Positions 1 to 10,192 of a stretch of DNA of 64,000 bases are shown one piece after another. Both the position numbers and the translations under genes were made by a program. The notes under the pieces were generated by a model. It was not told where the DNA came from and made no database searches. It saw only the letters and a program-made list of their open reading frames with translations. Location: positions 26,845 to 90,844 of the IMG/VR virus record IMGVR_UViG_3300025608_000015, one strand, 5' to 3'. Source of the DNA: a virus (lineage: Duplodnaviria; Caudoviricetes). The number at the start of each line of letters is the position of its first letter. Within the stretch, counting starts at the first letter, position 1.

Positions 1-2
1 AA

Positions 3-446
3 GGGCCAATATCAACACAAGGTTCTATTACTTCACAAGGATCTATTACATCACAAGGGTCTATGAGTTTAGCAGGATCACTAACAGTAGGTGGTTATTT
101 AAGATCAAACTCTTTATCAGCAGACGAGGTAGAAACATTTAGTATTGTATCAACAACTGATTTAGCACTTAACGTTGATAATCAAATATCTATACAAGTA
201 GGTAGTTCGCAAATTGGTAGTATAGATGCTCAAGGCCTTGTACTAGATATTAGAAATAGCGATGCAGAAAATATGAACATTACTGCTAGTACAATAAATA
301 ACACTACAATAGGATTAACTACACCTAGCACTGCTAGTTTTACTAGTGCTACAGTATCTAGCGAACCTGTAGAAAACGAAGATATTACAAATAAAGATTA
401 TGTAGACACGCAAGATATTGCGTTCTCAATAGCATTTGGATTATAA
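3..446 (+). CDS. 5'-truncated fibre-like virion protein (C-terminal part)
   Basis: Frame is open from the window start (GPISTQGSITSQGSITSQGSM, 6-aa repeats). Ends in ITNKDYVD...IAFSIAFGL, a motif typical of phage fibre proteins. Confidence 0.6.
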   Translation, partial: GPISTQGSITSQGSITSQGSMSLAGSLTVGGYLRSNSLSADEVETFSIVSTTDLALNVDNQISIQVGSSQIGSIDAQGLVLDIRNSDAENMNITASTINNTTIGLTTPSTASFTSATVSSEPVENEDITNKDYVDTQDIAFSIAFGL

Positions 447-448
447 TA

Positions 449-3400
449 ATGGCAAAGAAAAGAATTTATGATTATGTATTTCATCCAGGCATTAGTTACA
501 CAGATAACTTAAACCCTAATGCATATTACTTACTACAGCAAAATACATCATTTTTGCAGAGAGAAGTAACTGAATGGTTAACTGATCAGATAGCTCATGT
601 TGGCACAACTTATACTCCAACAAATGCTGTGTATACACCTACAACTGGTGTAATGGAAATTACCATAGGAACACATAATCTTAGCATTGGCGATTATATA
701 AGAATAAGTGGAAACAGTTTAGTATTTACTTGCGGACTTGACAATAACGCAACAGAACATTCGTATCCTCGTTCTATCGGTGTTCCAAATCAAACAGGTA
801 CAGATCCTTACAGTAATAATCCTATTCGAGTTGACAGCACTACACCAACAACTATCACAGTTAATGTAGGCATAAGCAGTAACACTAGTGTACATACCTT
901 TGTACGTGGAAAAGCAAACAGTATTTTAGTTCCTTACACACCTACAGATGCTTCATATGATCCTACAACAGGATTAATGCAGTTAACTATTGGCGCACAC
1001 GATTATGAGTTAGGTGATTTTGTTCGTATACAAGAAGACAGCTTAACATTTACTTGCGGATTAGACAATCACGCTACTACACATACATATCCTCGTGCTA
1101 CGGGAAGCTCAGCAGGTAAAAAATATACTCCAACTAATGTAGATTATACACCTACAACAGGTGTTATGACTATAACTATCGGCGCACATGATTTAAGTCA
1201 AGGCGACGAAATTAGAATTGCAGAAAATACTATAACTTTTAATATTAACGGTAGCGAAATTTCTTATCCAAGATCAGGGGAAGATTCAGCTTTTAATACT
1301 ATTCTTACTATAACAGCCGTTACAGCAACAACTATTACAGTTAATGCAGGATCAAGCAGTGAAACTGCTACGCATACTTTTGTAGATGCTATTGCTGGGG
1401 CAATAAGAGCAGTTGATTCAGATTATGCATATAACAAACCTGTAGAAATTGTAGCAACTAGTACAAACACAATTACAGTTGATGTTGGCATAAGTTCGAA
1501 CACCAGCGAACATACATTTGTAAGCGCAGACGGCGGAAGTGTATATAGCATTTTTGCAGGATACACATTTAATGCTAGTAAATGTCAAAGAGATATAGGC
1601 TACGCAATTGAAGCATACTTGTATGATATTCGTTATGGCGGAAATACTAAGACCATTGATAATATTAGTTTATTCTGGGACGGCGATGTATCACAAGTAG
1701 ATGGGAATCGTTTAGCTGAAGTTGAAGGACACACCTTCTTAAAGAAACTAATTTTAGACTTTGTTCTAACAAACACAACATTCCCGTATGCTAGACAAAC
1801 AGTTGCTACTCAGGTTGTTGACGGGACAAGGACAGCAGAAGCATCCGCTGTTTCTAAATTAGAAGTATTATTAGATGACACTACAAATATTATTGAAAAC
1901 GGATTGAGTGTTGTACCTGTCCGCGAAGACACTGGAGTAAGTTATGTGAAAGTTATGGGTAACTTTAACAATGCTGACTTCTTGTTGATGACTAATACTG
2001 ATCGTGGAGAAATCATCTACAACTTTGCAAAAGCAGAACTAGGAGGATTCTTAGAATATCACACAGAAGAAGACATTGATTTTCCTAAGTTTTTAGATAC
2101 TACTGATGCAGTTACTATTATTAATCTATTTGCCGATACTACAGGGCAAGATGCAGCAGATGATATTCAAATATTTATTGACGAAAAAGAATTAAGAACA
2201 AGACCGTACGATTTCGGCACTGACGCTATTGAGCGTATGCGTGTTGCACCTCCACTATCGATGCTTGATGCTGACTTTGAATACGGTTTACAGCCTACTA
2301 AGTGGAGTGCTATCGGAACACTAAGAGGTTATCCATCTACATATGAAGTAGTTGGTACCGAATTAAATGTTACGAGTGCTACAACAGATGCTAGTGTAGG
2401 AACACAAGGTGTAGGTTCAAGTTTAATTACAGTCACTACAGCAGGAGCTCATACATTAGAACCGGGGAATCCTGTTGTAATAAAAGCACTGAATCTCGGA
2501 GTTGCTGGGTCTGCTAGAGCAGAAGGAACTTTTATTGTTACAAGTGTTACAGATGCTAGTACATTCACGTATCTTGCTAAAGCAAAAGTAGGAACCTCAG
2601 CAGGCCAAGAATTAGCTACAAACTTTACTATTTTACGGAAGGCAGGATTCTATACAGGTGCAACCATAGGAAGTCCTGAATTTGATGTAGCTAGCCAAGG
2701 TAGCAGCGGTGTAATGACTGCGGCTTTGAATATCCCCGTAGGAAGTGACTTCATACCATTTGAAGATGACGTTCCAGAAATTGGATCTCCTTTGACTGCT
2801 AACGGTATAAATCCAGGAACACAGGTTACAGCAATTACAGGAACTGGCGGTGCAGTTGTATCACCGAATGTTACAAGCGATGCTCCTGCAGGTTCTACAA
2901 CAGTCCAAGTAGATAGTGTAACAGGGATTTTACCAGGTCTAGCAATTGACAGAGGCGACGGAGTTGGTATTACTGTATTAAATGTAGTAGGAAATACTGT
3001 GAATCTATCCGATGAACTTACATCAACAATTGTAGGTAATGTTGTAGATTACACCGGATTAAATGCTGCTGCAGACTTAGTAACAGGAACAGGAGCCGAA
3101 TTTACAATTAGCAGAGCTGGAGGCTCGTATACATTAGATGCTATAACTCAATCTGGCGGAAGTTACGATATAGGTGAGCAAATTACAGTGGATGGATTGT
3201 TACTAGGGGGTGAAACTTCTACTAATGATGCAACTATTACAATTACAGATGTAGATTCTTCAGGTGGGATTCTTACTGCTAGCATAGAAGGTGCAGCATT
3301 TGACGGTAATGCTTCATACACTAATGTAAATGGAGATTATCAACACGGTAACGGCTCTGGAGCTAGATTTAATGTCACTTGGGAAGATAATGTATATACT

Positions 3401-6400
3401 CTAGGCACTTCTAATCCTCTTTACACAAATGTTACAGGAACTACACAGCAAGGAAACGGATCTGGAGTTTTATTTGATGTTACTTGGACAAGTACCCAAT
3501 TTACAGATGTACAACTTTCTGGAGCAGCACATTCTGGTTATTCAGTAAATGATATTATTAGAATATCTGGGACTAATTTAGGCGGTACTACACCAGATAA
3601 CGATCTTTATGTTAAAGTTACAGGCGTAGATGGTGCTGGAGCAATAACAACATTTACTTATGATAATTCAGGATCTCCGGATACTAGTAGATTATACGGC
3701 GGAAATGATTTTGATACTGGAACAGGAACAAATGCACAATTTGATATTACTACAAATAATCAAAATTATCTAGTAAACATCACTACAATTGGTAGCGGTT
3801 ATACCAATGGAGATATTAAAGTAATTACAGGTGATTTGTTAGGAGGAGCAACTCCTGCAAACGACGTTACTGTTACAGTATCTTCAGTTGACACAAATGG
3901 CGAAATTCTAACAGTAAATGTTTCAGGTACTGCGGTAGATGAAGAAACTAGAGAAAGTTTATCAACCTCAAATGTAGTTGGATCAGGAGCAACTTTTGAT
4001 ATAGAAGTTTCTGCATCATCATATAGTGCAACAGTAGTTAATGCTGGAACTAATTTTAGTGCAAACCAAACTATTTTAATTACTGGGGATCAATTAGGAG
4101 GAACCAGTCCTACTAACGATTTAACACTAACTGTTACAGCTATATCAGCAGGTGCAGAAACAACTCTATTAGGAACTATTTCTACAATAGCAGAAACAGG
4201 AACTGCTCTGCCTTCTATGACAGGGTATGTAGAAAATGATAAACTCCTAGTGCAAGGAACTACATTGCCTAACGGAGCAACACCAGATAATGATGTAGTA
4301 ATAACAGTTACTGGTGTAGACGGCCAAGGTTATATTACAAATTATACATTTACAGGTACCGCTCCAGATGTTAATGTAGATTATAACGGAATAACACAAA
4401 GTACAACAACTGGCTCAGGTACTGGAGCATCATTTAACATAAACAAAGATGGCACTACATACAATGTAACATTGTTTGGTATAGGTTCTAATTATGCAGC
4501 AAATGATACAATTACAATATCAGGAAGTGAGCTAGGCGGGGATGATCTTACAAACGATTTAACTATTACAGTTTTAACTGTAGATACCGGAGGAGAAATT
4601 TTAACATTTTCTACTGCTGGAACAGGTGCAAATCGTGATCTAACTAGTGGACTGAATATACAAGCTGACAATATTATAGGATCTGGCGCAACATGGAATG
4701 TTGATATTGTTAATGGTTTATACAGTGTTACTGAAGCAGCTGTAGGTATTAATTATGGCATAGGACAGACAATTATTATTCCAGGCACGTCAGTTGGAGG
4801 GACAAGCCCTGCAAATGACATTGAAGTAACTGTAACAGCAATTGGAACCAATGGCAGCATAGCTAGTTCTACCTTTACAGGCACAGCATCCGGCGATACA
4901 GCTACATATACTAATGTATCCGGTTCCAACGTTATCATAAACGGTAGCGGAGCAACCTTTGATGTAACTAGAGATAGCGGTTCATATACATCAGTAGTAT
5001 TAGCAAATGCTGGTGTAAATTACGAAGCAGGAAATAGATTAATAATTAGCGGTGTAAATCTAGGCGGTGTAGACGGAGTCAACGATATTTTAATTGTTGT
5101 AGATAGTGTAGATTCTGCAGGAAGCATTGTTACATTTACAGATTCAGGTACAGCAGTTGCAGGCACAGCACTTGATTTTATTAGTACTGTTACACTCAGC
5201 GAATCGACTACAAGCGGAATAAATGTTGGAACAGAAATTAATTTTAGCGCACTAGCAACTATTCTAGTTACCTTTGAAAGTGCTCATGGTCTTGTGCCTG
5301 GCAGCGGATTTAATGTCGAAATTGTTTCTGATGACGGAAGTAATAATCACGATCTAGCTAACGGTCCATACATTGTTAATAGTGTTCCATCCTTAACAAC
5401 ACTAACATATTCGGCAAGAGCTCCAGGCTCCATCGACACTAACGATGTGATTGTTGGAAGAGTGTATCCAAAACCTGATGCGTTTTTTGTTCATAGACCG
5501 TATGACGGCGGTGTGCAACTAGGTACAGGCGGACCGCAACACGGTGCACAAGCAATACGTCAAAGTAAAAAGTATATTCGTTATCAATCAGGTAAAGGTA
5601 TTATGTATACCACTGGTGCATTATTTGCTCCAAGCTACGATATTCTAAGTATTTCTGCAGATAATGTAGAAATAGGAAGTACTATTACAATTGTAACAGA
5701 CGAAAATGATCACGGATTACAAGTCGGTGGCGAAGTTCGCATTATCGGAGTTGAAACTCCCGGATATAACCATGATTATACAGTAACAGACATTGTTGAC
5801 GAACGTACTTTCCGAGTCACTGCACAATATAGATTAGGTAGCACAGATCCTGTTATAGGATTTGGCGCACAAGTATCAACTAGAGCGTGGAACGGCGCAA
5901 CTGTACGTTCAGGTATCTTTGATGATCAAAATGGTATTTTCTGGGAATATGATGGAACGTACCTAAGTGTTGTACAAAGAACATCTACCAAGCAATTAGC
6001 TGGAACTATAGCAGTAAACAGCGATAGTAGCTTAATTACAGGAACCAGTACACGTTTCCGAGACCAAGTGAAGGCAGGCGATAGAATTGTTATTAAAGGA
6101 ATGACACATGTTATTTCAAATGTAGCTTCTCAAACTGAAATGTATGTTACTCCTGATTTCCGTGGCGTTGTAGATGTATCGGGAGCTAAGGCATGTTTGA
6201 TTACAGATAAGAAAATTCGTCAACAAGATTTTAATCTTGATAGATTAGACGGAACTGGTCCTAGCAAATATAATATTGACCCAGCTAAAATGCAGATGAT
6301 TGGTATTCAATATTCATGGTACGGTGCTGGTTTTATTGACTACATGGTACGTGGTGCAGATGGTAACTTTGTATACGCTCATAGAATTAGAAACTCTAAC

Positions 6401-7927
6401 GTTAATACAGAAGCGTATATGCGCTCGGGTAACTTGCCTGTACGTTATGAAGTAACCAACGAAGGAGCCAATGATCGTTTAAGCGCAGATATGACAAGTT
6501 CACAAGACTTTATACCATTAGCTGATGCTAGTTTCTTCCCACCAACCGGCGGCACAGTTTACATTGACAACGAGTTAATATCCTTTACTGGAGTTGATGT
6601 TGCAAATAATAGACTAACAGGGTGTACAAGAGCCGCAAGTTTAACAAACTTTAATGCAGGAGCGCAAAGATCGTATACAGCAGGACCTGCAGCTAATCAC
6701 TCTACTAGAACAGGTGTTGTCTTAGTAAGTAATACAATTACACCTTTGATTAGCCATTGGGGTTCATCATTTATTACAGATGGCAACTTTGACGAGGATA
6801 GAGGATATATCTTCTCTTACACAGAACAAAGTATTCCAGTAAGTACAATTAAACAAACAGCATTTTTATTACGTCTAGCACCTTCGGTATCTAACGCAAT
6901 TACAGGTGATTTAGGCGAGAGAGAACTGTTAAACCGTGCTCAATTATTAATACAAGGTATTGAAATAACCTCTAACGGTGTTGATCCACAAAACTCTAAT
7001 GCACCTATTACAGGCGGTATTGTTGTTGAAGGTGTTTTAAATCCACAAAACTATCCTATTAACCCAGCAAATATTGTATGGACAGGATTAAGTTCAGAAG
7101 CACAAGGTGGCCAGCCATCGTTTGCCCAAGTTGCAGCAGGCGGATCTGTTTTATGGTCAACAGGAGAAGCAGCTGTTCAACAAACTATTACAGCCCAAGC
7201 CGCAATACAAGGTACTGCACAAACTTCAAGTTTCCAAAATGCAAACAATGCTGACTATTTGTATATGACTCAAACTAGTGTAAACAATCTAGGTCTTGAA
7301 TCTGGAGACCTTTTAGTTTCTACAAGTGGATCAGCCAGCTTCTCGGCAAATACCACGGTTGTGAGTGTACAAAATACTTGGGGCGGTCAAGCATTTGTAA
7401 GATTAAGTAGAAGATTCAACGGAAGAATTGGCCAAAACGAAACAATAACATTCCAGCGTGGCGGGAACTTAGTTGGACGTAACTTTATGCTTGCTACAGC
7501 TGCATCTTTAATAAGCTCGGGAGCTAGTGTAGGCACGGATGTTGTAGCAACAACCGCCGGATCATTCCCTGCAAACACAAAGATTAACACTATTTCAGAA
7601 GAATCGTTTGCAGGCACAACGTACTATAGGATTATCTTTAATAATTCTTACACTGGTACATTAACAGCTGGATCTGGTACTATAACAGTAGAGTTTGTAG
7701 AACCTCCTTATGCACAACCAGGAGAAACTGTATTCTCGTTCATTGCAACGCCAGGAGAACGTGCAGAACTTAATTTAGATACATTGAAAGAATTAACAAA
7801 TACTACACTAGGTGGTAGAGGTACATTCCCGAATGGACCAGATGTTTTAGCAATCAATGTGTATAAGACTGCTGGTGCAGATACAACGAGTAATATTATT
7901 CTTAGATGGGGCGAAGCACAGGCTTAA
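449..7927 (+). CDS. Giant 2492-aa repeat-rich virion structural protein (fibre/baseplate-associated)
   Basis: Three N-terminal YTPT..Y.PTTG.M.ITIG.H repeats and about 8 central G.GA.F...LGG.TP.ND repeats. Thr/Gly/Ser-rich beta composition. Translationally coupled to the upstream gene. Confidence 0.65.
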   Translation: MAKKRIYDYVFHPGISYTDNLNPNAYYLLQQNTSFLQREVTEWLTDQIAHVGTTYTPTNAVYTPTTGVMEITIGTHNLSIGDYIRISGNSLVFTCGLDNNATEHSYPRSIGVPNQTGTDPYSNNPIRVDSTTPTTITVNVGISSNTSVHTFVRGKANSILVPYTPTDASYDPTTGLMQLTIGAHDYELGDFVRIQEDSLTFTCGLDNHATTHTYPRATGSSAGKKYTPTNVDYTPTTGVMTITIGAHDLSQGDEIRIAENTITFNINGSEISYPRSGEDSAFNTILTITAVTATTITVNAGSSSETATHTFVDAIAGAIRAVDSDYAYNKPVEIVATSTNTITVDVGISSNTSEHTFVSADGGSVYSIFAGYTFNASKCQRDIGYAIEAYLYDIRYGGNTKTIDNISLFWDGDVSQVDGNRLAEVEGHTFLKKLILDFVLTNTTFPYARQTVATQVVDGTRTAEASAVSKLEVLLDDTTNIIENGLSVVPVREDTGVSYVKVMGNFNNADFLLMTNTDRGEIIYNFAKAELGGFLEYHTEEDIDFPKFLDTTDAVTIINLFADTTGQDAADDIQIFIDEKELRTRPYDFGTDAIERMRVAPPLSMLDADFEYGLQPTKWSAIGTLRGYPSTYEVVGTELNVTSATTDASVGTQGVGSSLITVTTAGAHTLEPGNPVVIKALNLGVAGSARAEGTFIVTSVTDASTFTYLAKAKVGTSAGQELATNFTILRKAGFYTGATIGSPEFDVASQGSSGVMTAALNIPVGSDFIPFEDDVPEIGSPLTANGINPGTQVTAITGTGGAVVSPNVTSDAPAGSTTVQVDSVTGILPGLAIDRGDGVGITVLNVVGNTVNLSDELTSTIVGNVVDYTGLNAAADLVTGTGAEFTISRAGGSYTLDAITQSGGSYDIGEQITVDGLLLGGETSTNDATITITDVDSSGGILTASIEGAAFDGNASYTNVNGDYQHGNGSGARFNVTWEDNVYTLGTSNPLYTNVTGTTQQGNGSGVLFDVTWTSTQFTDVQLSGAAHSGYSVNDIIRISGTNLGGTTPDNDLYVKVTGVDGAGAITTFTYDNSGSPDTSRLYGGNDFDTGTGTNAQFDITTNNQNYLVNITTIGSGYTNGDIKVITGDLLGGATPANDVTVTVSSVDTNGEILTVNVSGTAVDEETRESLSTSNVVGSGATFDIEVSASSYSATVVNAGTNFSANQTILITGDQLGGTSPTNDLTLTVTAISAGAETTLLGTISTIAETGTALPSMTGYVENDKLLVQGTTLPNGATPDNDVVITVTGVDGQGYITNYTFTGTAPDVNVDYNGITQSTTTGSGTGASFNINKDGTTYNVTLFGIGSNYAANDTITISGSELGGDDLTNDLTITVLTVDTGGEILTFSTAGTGANRDLTSGLNIQADNIIGSGATWNVDIVNGLYSVTEAAVGINYGIGQTIIIPGTSVGGTSPANDIEVTVTAIGTNGSIASSTFTGTASGDTATYTNVSGSNVIINGSGATFDVTRDSGSYTSVVLANAGVNYEAGNRLIISGVNLGGVDGVNDILIVVDSVDSAGSIVTFTDSGTAVAGTALDFISTVTLSESTTSGINVGTEINFSALATILVTFESAHGLVPGSGFNVEIVSDDGSNNHDLANGPYIVNSVPSLTTLTYSARAPGSIDTNDVIVGRVYPKPDAFFVHRPYDGGVQLGTGGPQHGAQAIRQSKKYIRYQSGKGIMYTTGALFAPSYDILSISADNVEIGSTITIVTDENDHGLQVGGEVRIIGVETPGYNHDYTVTDIVDERTFRVTAQYRLGSTDPVIGFGAQVSTRAWNGATVRSGIFDDQNGIFWEYDGTYLSVVQRTSTKQLAGTIAVNSDSSLITGTSTRFRDQVKAGDRIVIKGMTHVISNVASQTEMYVTPDFRGVVDVSGAKACLITDKKIRQQDFNLDRLDGTGPSKYNIDPAKMQMIGIQYSWYGAGFIDYMVRGADGNFVYAHRIRNSNVNTEAYMRSGNLPVRYEVTNEGANDRLSADMTSSQDFIPLADASFFPPTGGTVYIDNELISFTGVDVANNRLTGCTRAASLTNFNAGAQRSYTAGPAANHSTRTGVVLVSNTITPLISHWGSSFITDGNFDEDRGYIFSYTEQSIPVSTIKQTAFLLRLAPSVSNAITGDLGERELLNRAQLLIQGIEITSNGVDPQNSNAPITGGIVVEGVLNPQNYPINPANIVWTGLSSEAQGGQPSFAQVAAGGSVLWSTGEAAVQQTITAQAAIQGTAQTSSFQNANNADYLYMTQTSVNNLGLESGDLLVSTSGSASFSANTTVVSVQNTWGGQAFVRLSRRFNGRIGQNETITFQRGGNLVGRNFMLATAASLISSGASVGTDVVATTAGSFPANTKINTISEESFAGTTYYRIIFNNSYTGTLTAGSGTITVEFVEPPYAQPGETVFSFIATPGERAELNLDTLKELTNTTLGGRGTFPNGPDVLAINVYKTAGADTTSNIILRWGEAQA

Positions 7928-8538
7928 CTCAAACTATCAACAAAGGAACTAAGATCATCAAATATGATGGTCTTTTTCTTTAATTCTCGATAGGTAAATT
8001 TTTTAAGTTCTTTTTCTGTTTCTAATCCGTGCCCTGTCCTAACAAGCACAGGTCGAGCTCCGATTTTAGCCGCAGCTTTTAGATCTGTAATTTTATCGCC
8101 TACATAATAGCCGCGAGAAAATTTTATATAAGGCATTTCTTTTTCGCAACGTTTAAACATACCTACATTAGGTTTTGCCCACATATCATCTTTGCGTGAA
8201 CTTGCAGAAAAATATATGCCATTAATAGCAGCACATCCTGCTTTACCAAATAGGTCTAGCATATGATAGTTTACTGCTTCAACTTGTTCTTGAGTGCAGA
8301 TTCCTTTTTCGATACACCCTTGATTGGTAATAATAGCAATCTTATGTCCTAATTTTCTTAGTTTTGCAACTGCTTCTATGCTCCCTGGAATAGGTTTAAA
8401 GTCTTCTGGTTTATAACAATATCCTTCCACGTTTTCATTAATAACACCGTCACGGTCTAATCCTACTACACATTTAGGAGGAATCCAATTAGGATCTTTA
8501 TAATTTAGATCGTCCCCACTCCAGATAATGTCAACCAT
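7924..8538 (-). CDS. gmhB: D-glycero-D-manno-heptose-1,7-bisphosphate phosphatase (HAD family)
   Basis: LDRDGVIN motif I, IITNQ motif II, AKPNVGM motif III, YVGDKITD motif IV, VLVRTGHG. Linked to hldD. Confidence 0.85.
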   Translation of the reverse strand: MVDIIWSGDDLNYKDPNWIPPKCVVGLDRDGVINENVEGYCYKPEDFKPIPGSIEAVAKLRKLGHKIAIITNQGCIEKGICTQEQVEAVNYHMLDLFGKAGCAAINGIYFSASSRKDDMWAKPNVGMFKRCEKEMPYIKFSRGYYVGDKITDLKAAAKIGARPVLVRTGHGLETEKELKKFTYRELKKKTIIFDDLSSFVDSLS

Positions 8539-8920
8539 CTTTAGCCTCTATTTGTGTATCGCCTTGACTAATTCTGTAAATGTCCTCTACACTATCAGGA
8601 GTACTAACTTCTGTGATACTAGAATTATCTTCTAATGCTTCTAATTGATGGGGAACTAAACATGGTGTATGCCAAGCATCACCTTCTTTTAATTCTTTAG
8701 TAATCAAAGTAGCAGATTTAGTTTCAATAGTTCTAAGTAAAAAACTACCAGAATTAATAAACCAAGTCTTGTCCTTTTCTTTATGAAAATTCATGCTGGT
8801 TTTTGCACCAGCTTTTTCGAAAACTATAATTTTACCGCAGTATAAGTCGTTGGTTGCAAAAATTAATTCATACCCCCATCCTTTTTTTACTGCTCCTGAT
8901 AATCTAGTTGGGTTATCCAT
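8531..8920 (-). CDS. Cupin-fold sugar isomerase-like protein
   Basis: VKKGWGYE...SMNFHKEKDKTW...HQLEALEDNSSITEVSTPD pattern. Overlaps hldD and gmhB by 8 bp each. Confidence 0.7.
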   Translation of the reverse strand: MDNPTRLSGAVKKGWGYELIFATNDLYCGKIIVFEKAGAKTSMNFHKEKDKTWFINSGSFLLRTIETKSATLITKELKEGDAWHTPCLVPHQLEALEDNSSITEVSTPDSVEDIYRISQGDTQIEAKDG

Positions 8921-9737
8921 TTTTATCTATCCATTCAAAAACTGTTGTAAATTTATAATCACCTATTTCTGCTAAAAGAAGTTGATTGTTGCTTTTTGTA
9001 AAACGTTGATATTGCTTTTCTAATTCTTTTGGCATAGGTATTTCTTGTACACTACTATTATACTGTCTAGCAATGTATTCAGCAACCTTTTTAAATGAAA
9101 TAGCAGTTCCTGTACCTAAGTTATAAATGCCGTTTACATCTTTAAACAAAAACTGTGACATAATATTACATACATCTTCTACACAAATAAAATCTCTTAA
9201 ATAATTTTCACTATTTTCAAAAATTTGAATATTTTGTGTAGTCCTTGCTTGATTTTTAAATTTATGAAAAACACTGGCCATTTTGCCTTTGTGATCCTCG
9301 TAATTCCCATAAACATTAAAAAATCTAAATCCTTGTACATTAATTGTAAATCCATCAATATGCTCGTTTACAAATTTGTCAAATAGATACTTGCTCCATG
9401 CATATGGATTCATAGGATAATGTGGTCCTTCTTCATTAAATGTAGTTAAATCCCCGTATACACTTGCACTAGAAGCATATTGAAAGTTTGTTCCTACCAT
9501 ATCACAAACTTGTAATAATCTTAGACTAAAATCTAAATTTTGTTCTAAAACTTGATCTACGTCTCTACATGTTGTATCTGTGATAGCACCTAAATGTACA
9601 ACCCAGTCATAATTAGCTGGATCAGGAACAGTGTTTGGAATATATTCCCATCCTTCTACATCGTGTCCTTGATTCATTAAATGCAGACACATATTTTTTC
9701 CGATAAATCCTTGATGTCCGGTTACTAAAATACGCAT
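8913..9737 (-). CDS. hldD: ADP-L-glycero-D-manno-heptose 6-epimerase (extended SDR)
   Basis: TGHQGFIG, VVHLGA, YASSASVYG, YAWSK (YxxxK), GFRFFNVYG..EDHKGKMASV, RDFICVEDV, GIYNLGTG. Confidence 0.85.
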   Translation of the reverse strand: MRILVTGHQGFIGKNMCLHLMNQGHDVEGWEYIPNTVPDPANYDWVVHLGAITDTTCRDVDQVLEQNLDFSLRLLQVCDMVGTNFQYASSASVYGDLTTFNEEGPHYPMNPYAWSKYLFDKFVNEHIDGFTINVQGFRFFNVYGNYEDHKGKMASVFHKFKNQARTTQNIQIFENSENYLRDFICVEDVCNIMSQFLFKDVNGIYNLGTGTAISFKKVAEYIARQYNSSVQEIPMPKELEKQYQRFTKSNNQLLLAEIGDYKFTTVFEWIDKNG

Positions 9738-9747
9738 GATATCCTTT

Positions 9748-10185
9748 CTATTGAGTTAAATCAATTACGTGAAATACAGTTTCTAATTTTGAAATGTTAG
9801 TTTTATTTGTTAACGTGTTACGTAGACCTTGGTGCAATGGTTTTGGCCATTTTCCAAATGTGACCCATGCATATCCATCATGCTCTTCGTTAAGTGTAGG
9901 AATAAATTCATCTTTTACTAAGCATAGATATGTATGGAAAAGAAATCTAGAATCTTGACTTACAAATGTTTCTAATGGTATAACTTTTGTAATTGTATGA
10001 TCCGTACCAATTTCTTCAGTTATTTCTCTTTTTAATCCTTCCCAGGGAGTTTCTGCTTCTTCGTTTGTTCCGCCAACAAGACCCCAAAGGTTGTTACTTT
10101 TGCCTTGGGTTCGATGCAAAAATAAGAAGCGTTTTGTAGAAAGGCTGTAAAACAGCGCACCACTGCATACGATTTTGTCTGTCAT
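9748..10185 (-). CDS. NUDIX hydrolase
   Basis: Nudix box GGTNEEAETPWEGLKREITEEIG, plus EEHDGYAW. Confidence 0.85.
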   Translation of the reverse strand: MTDKIVCSGALFYSLSTKRFLFLHRTQGKSNNLWGLVGGTNEEAETPWEGLKREITEEIGTDHTITKVIPLETFVSQDSRFLFHTYLCLVKDEFIPTLNEEHDGYAWVTFGKWPKPLHQGLRNTLTNKTNISKLETVFHVIDLTQ

Positions 10186-10192
10186 GCAGTAC

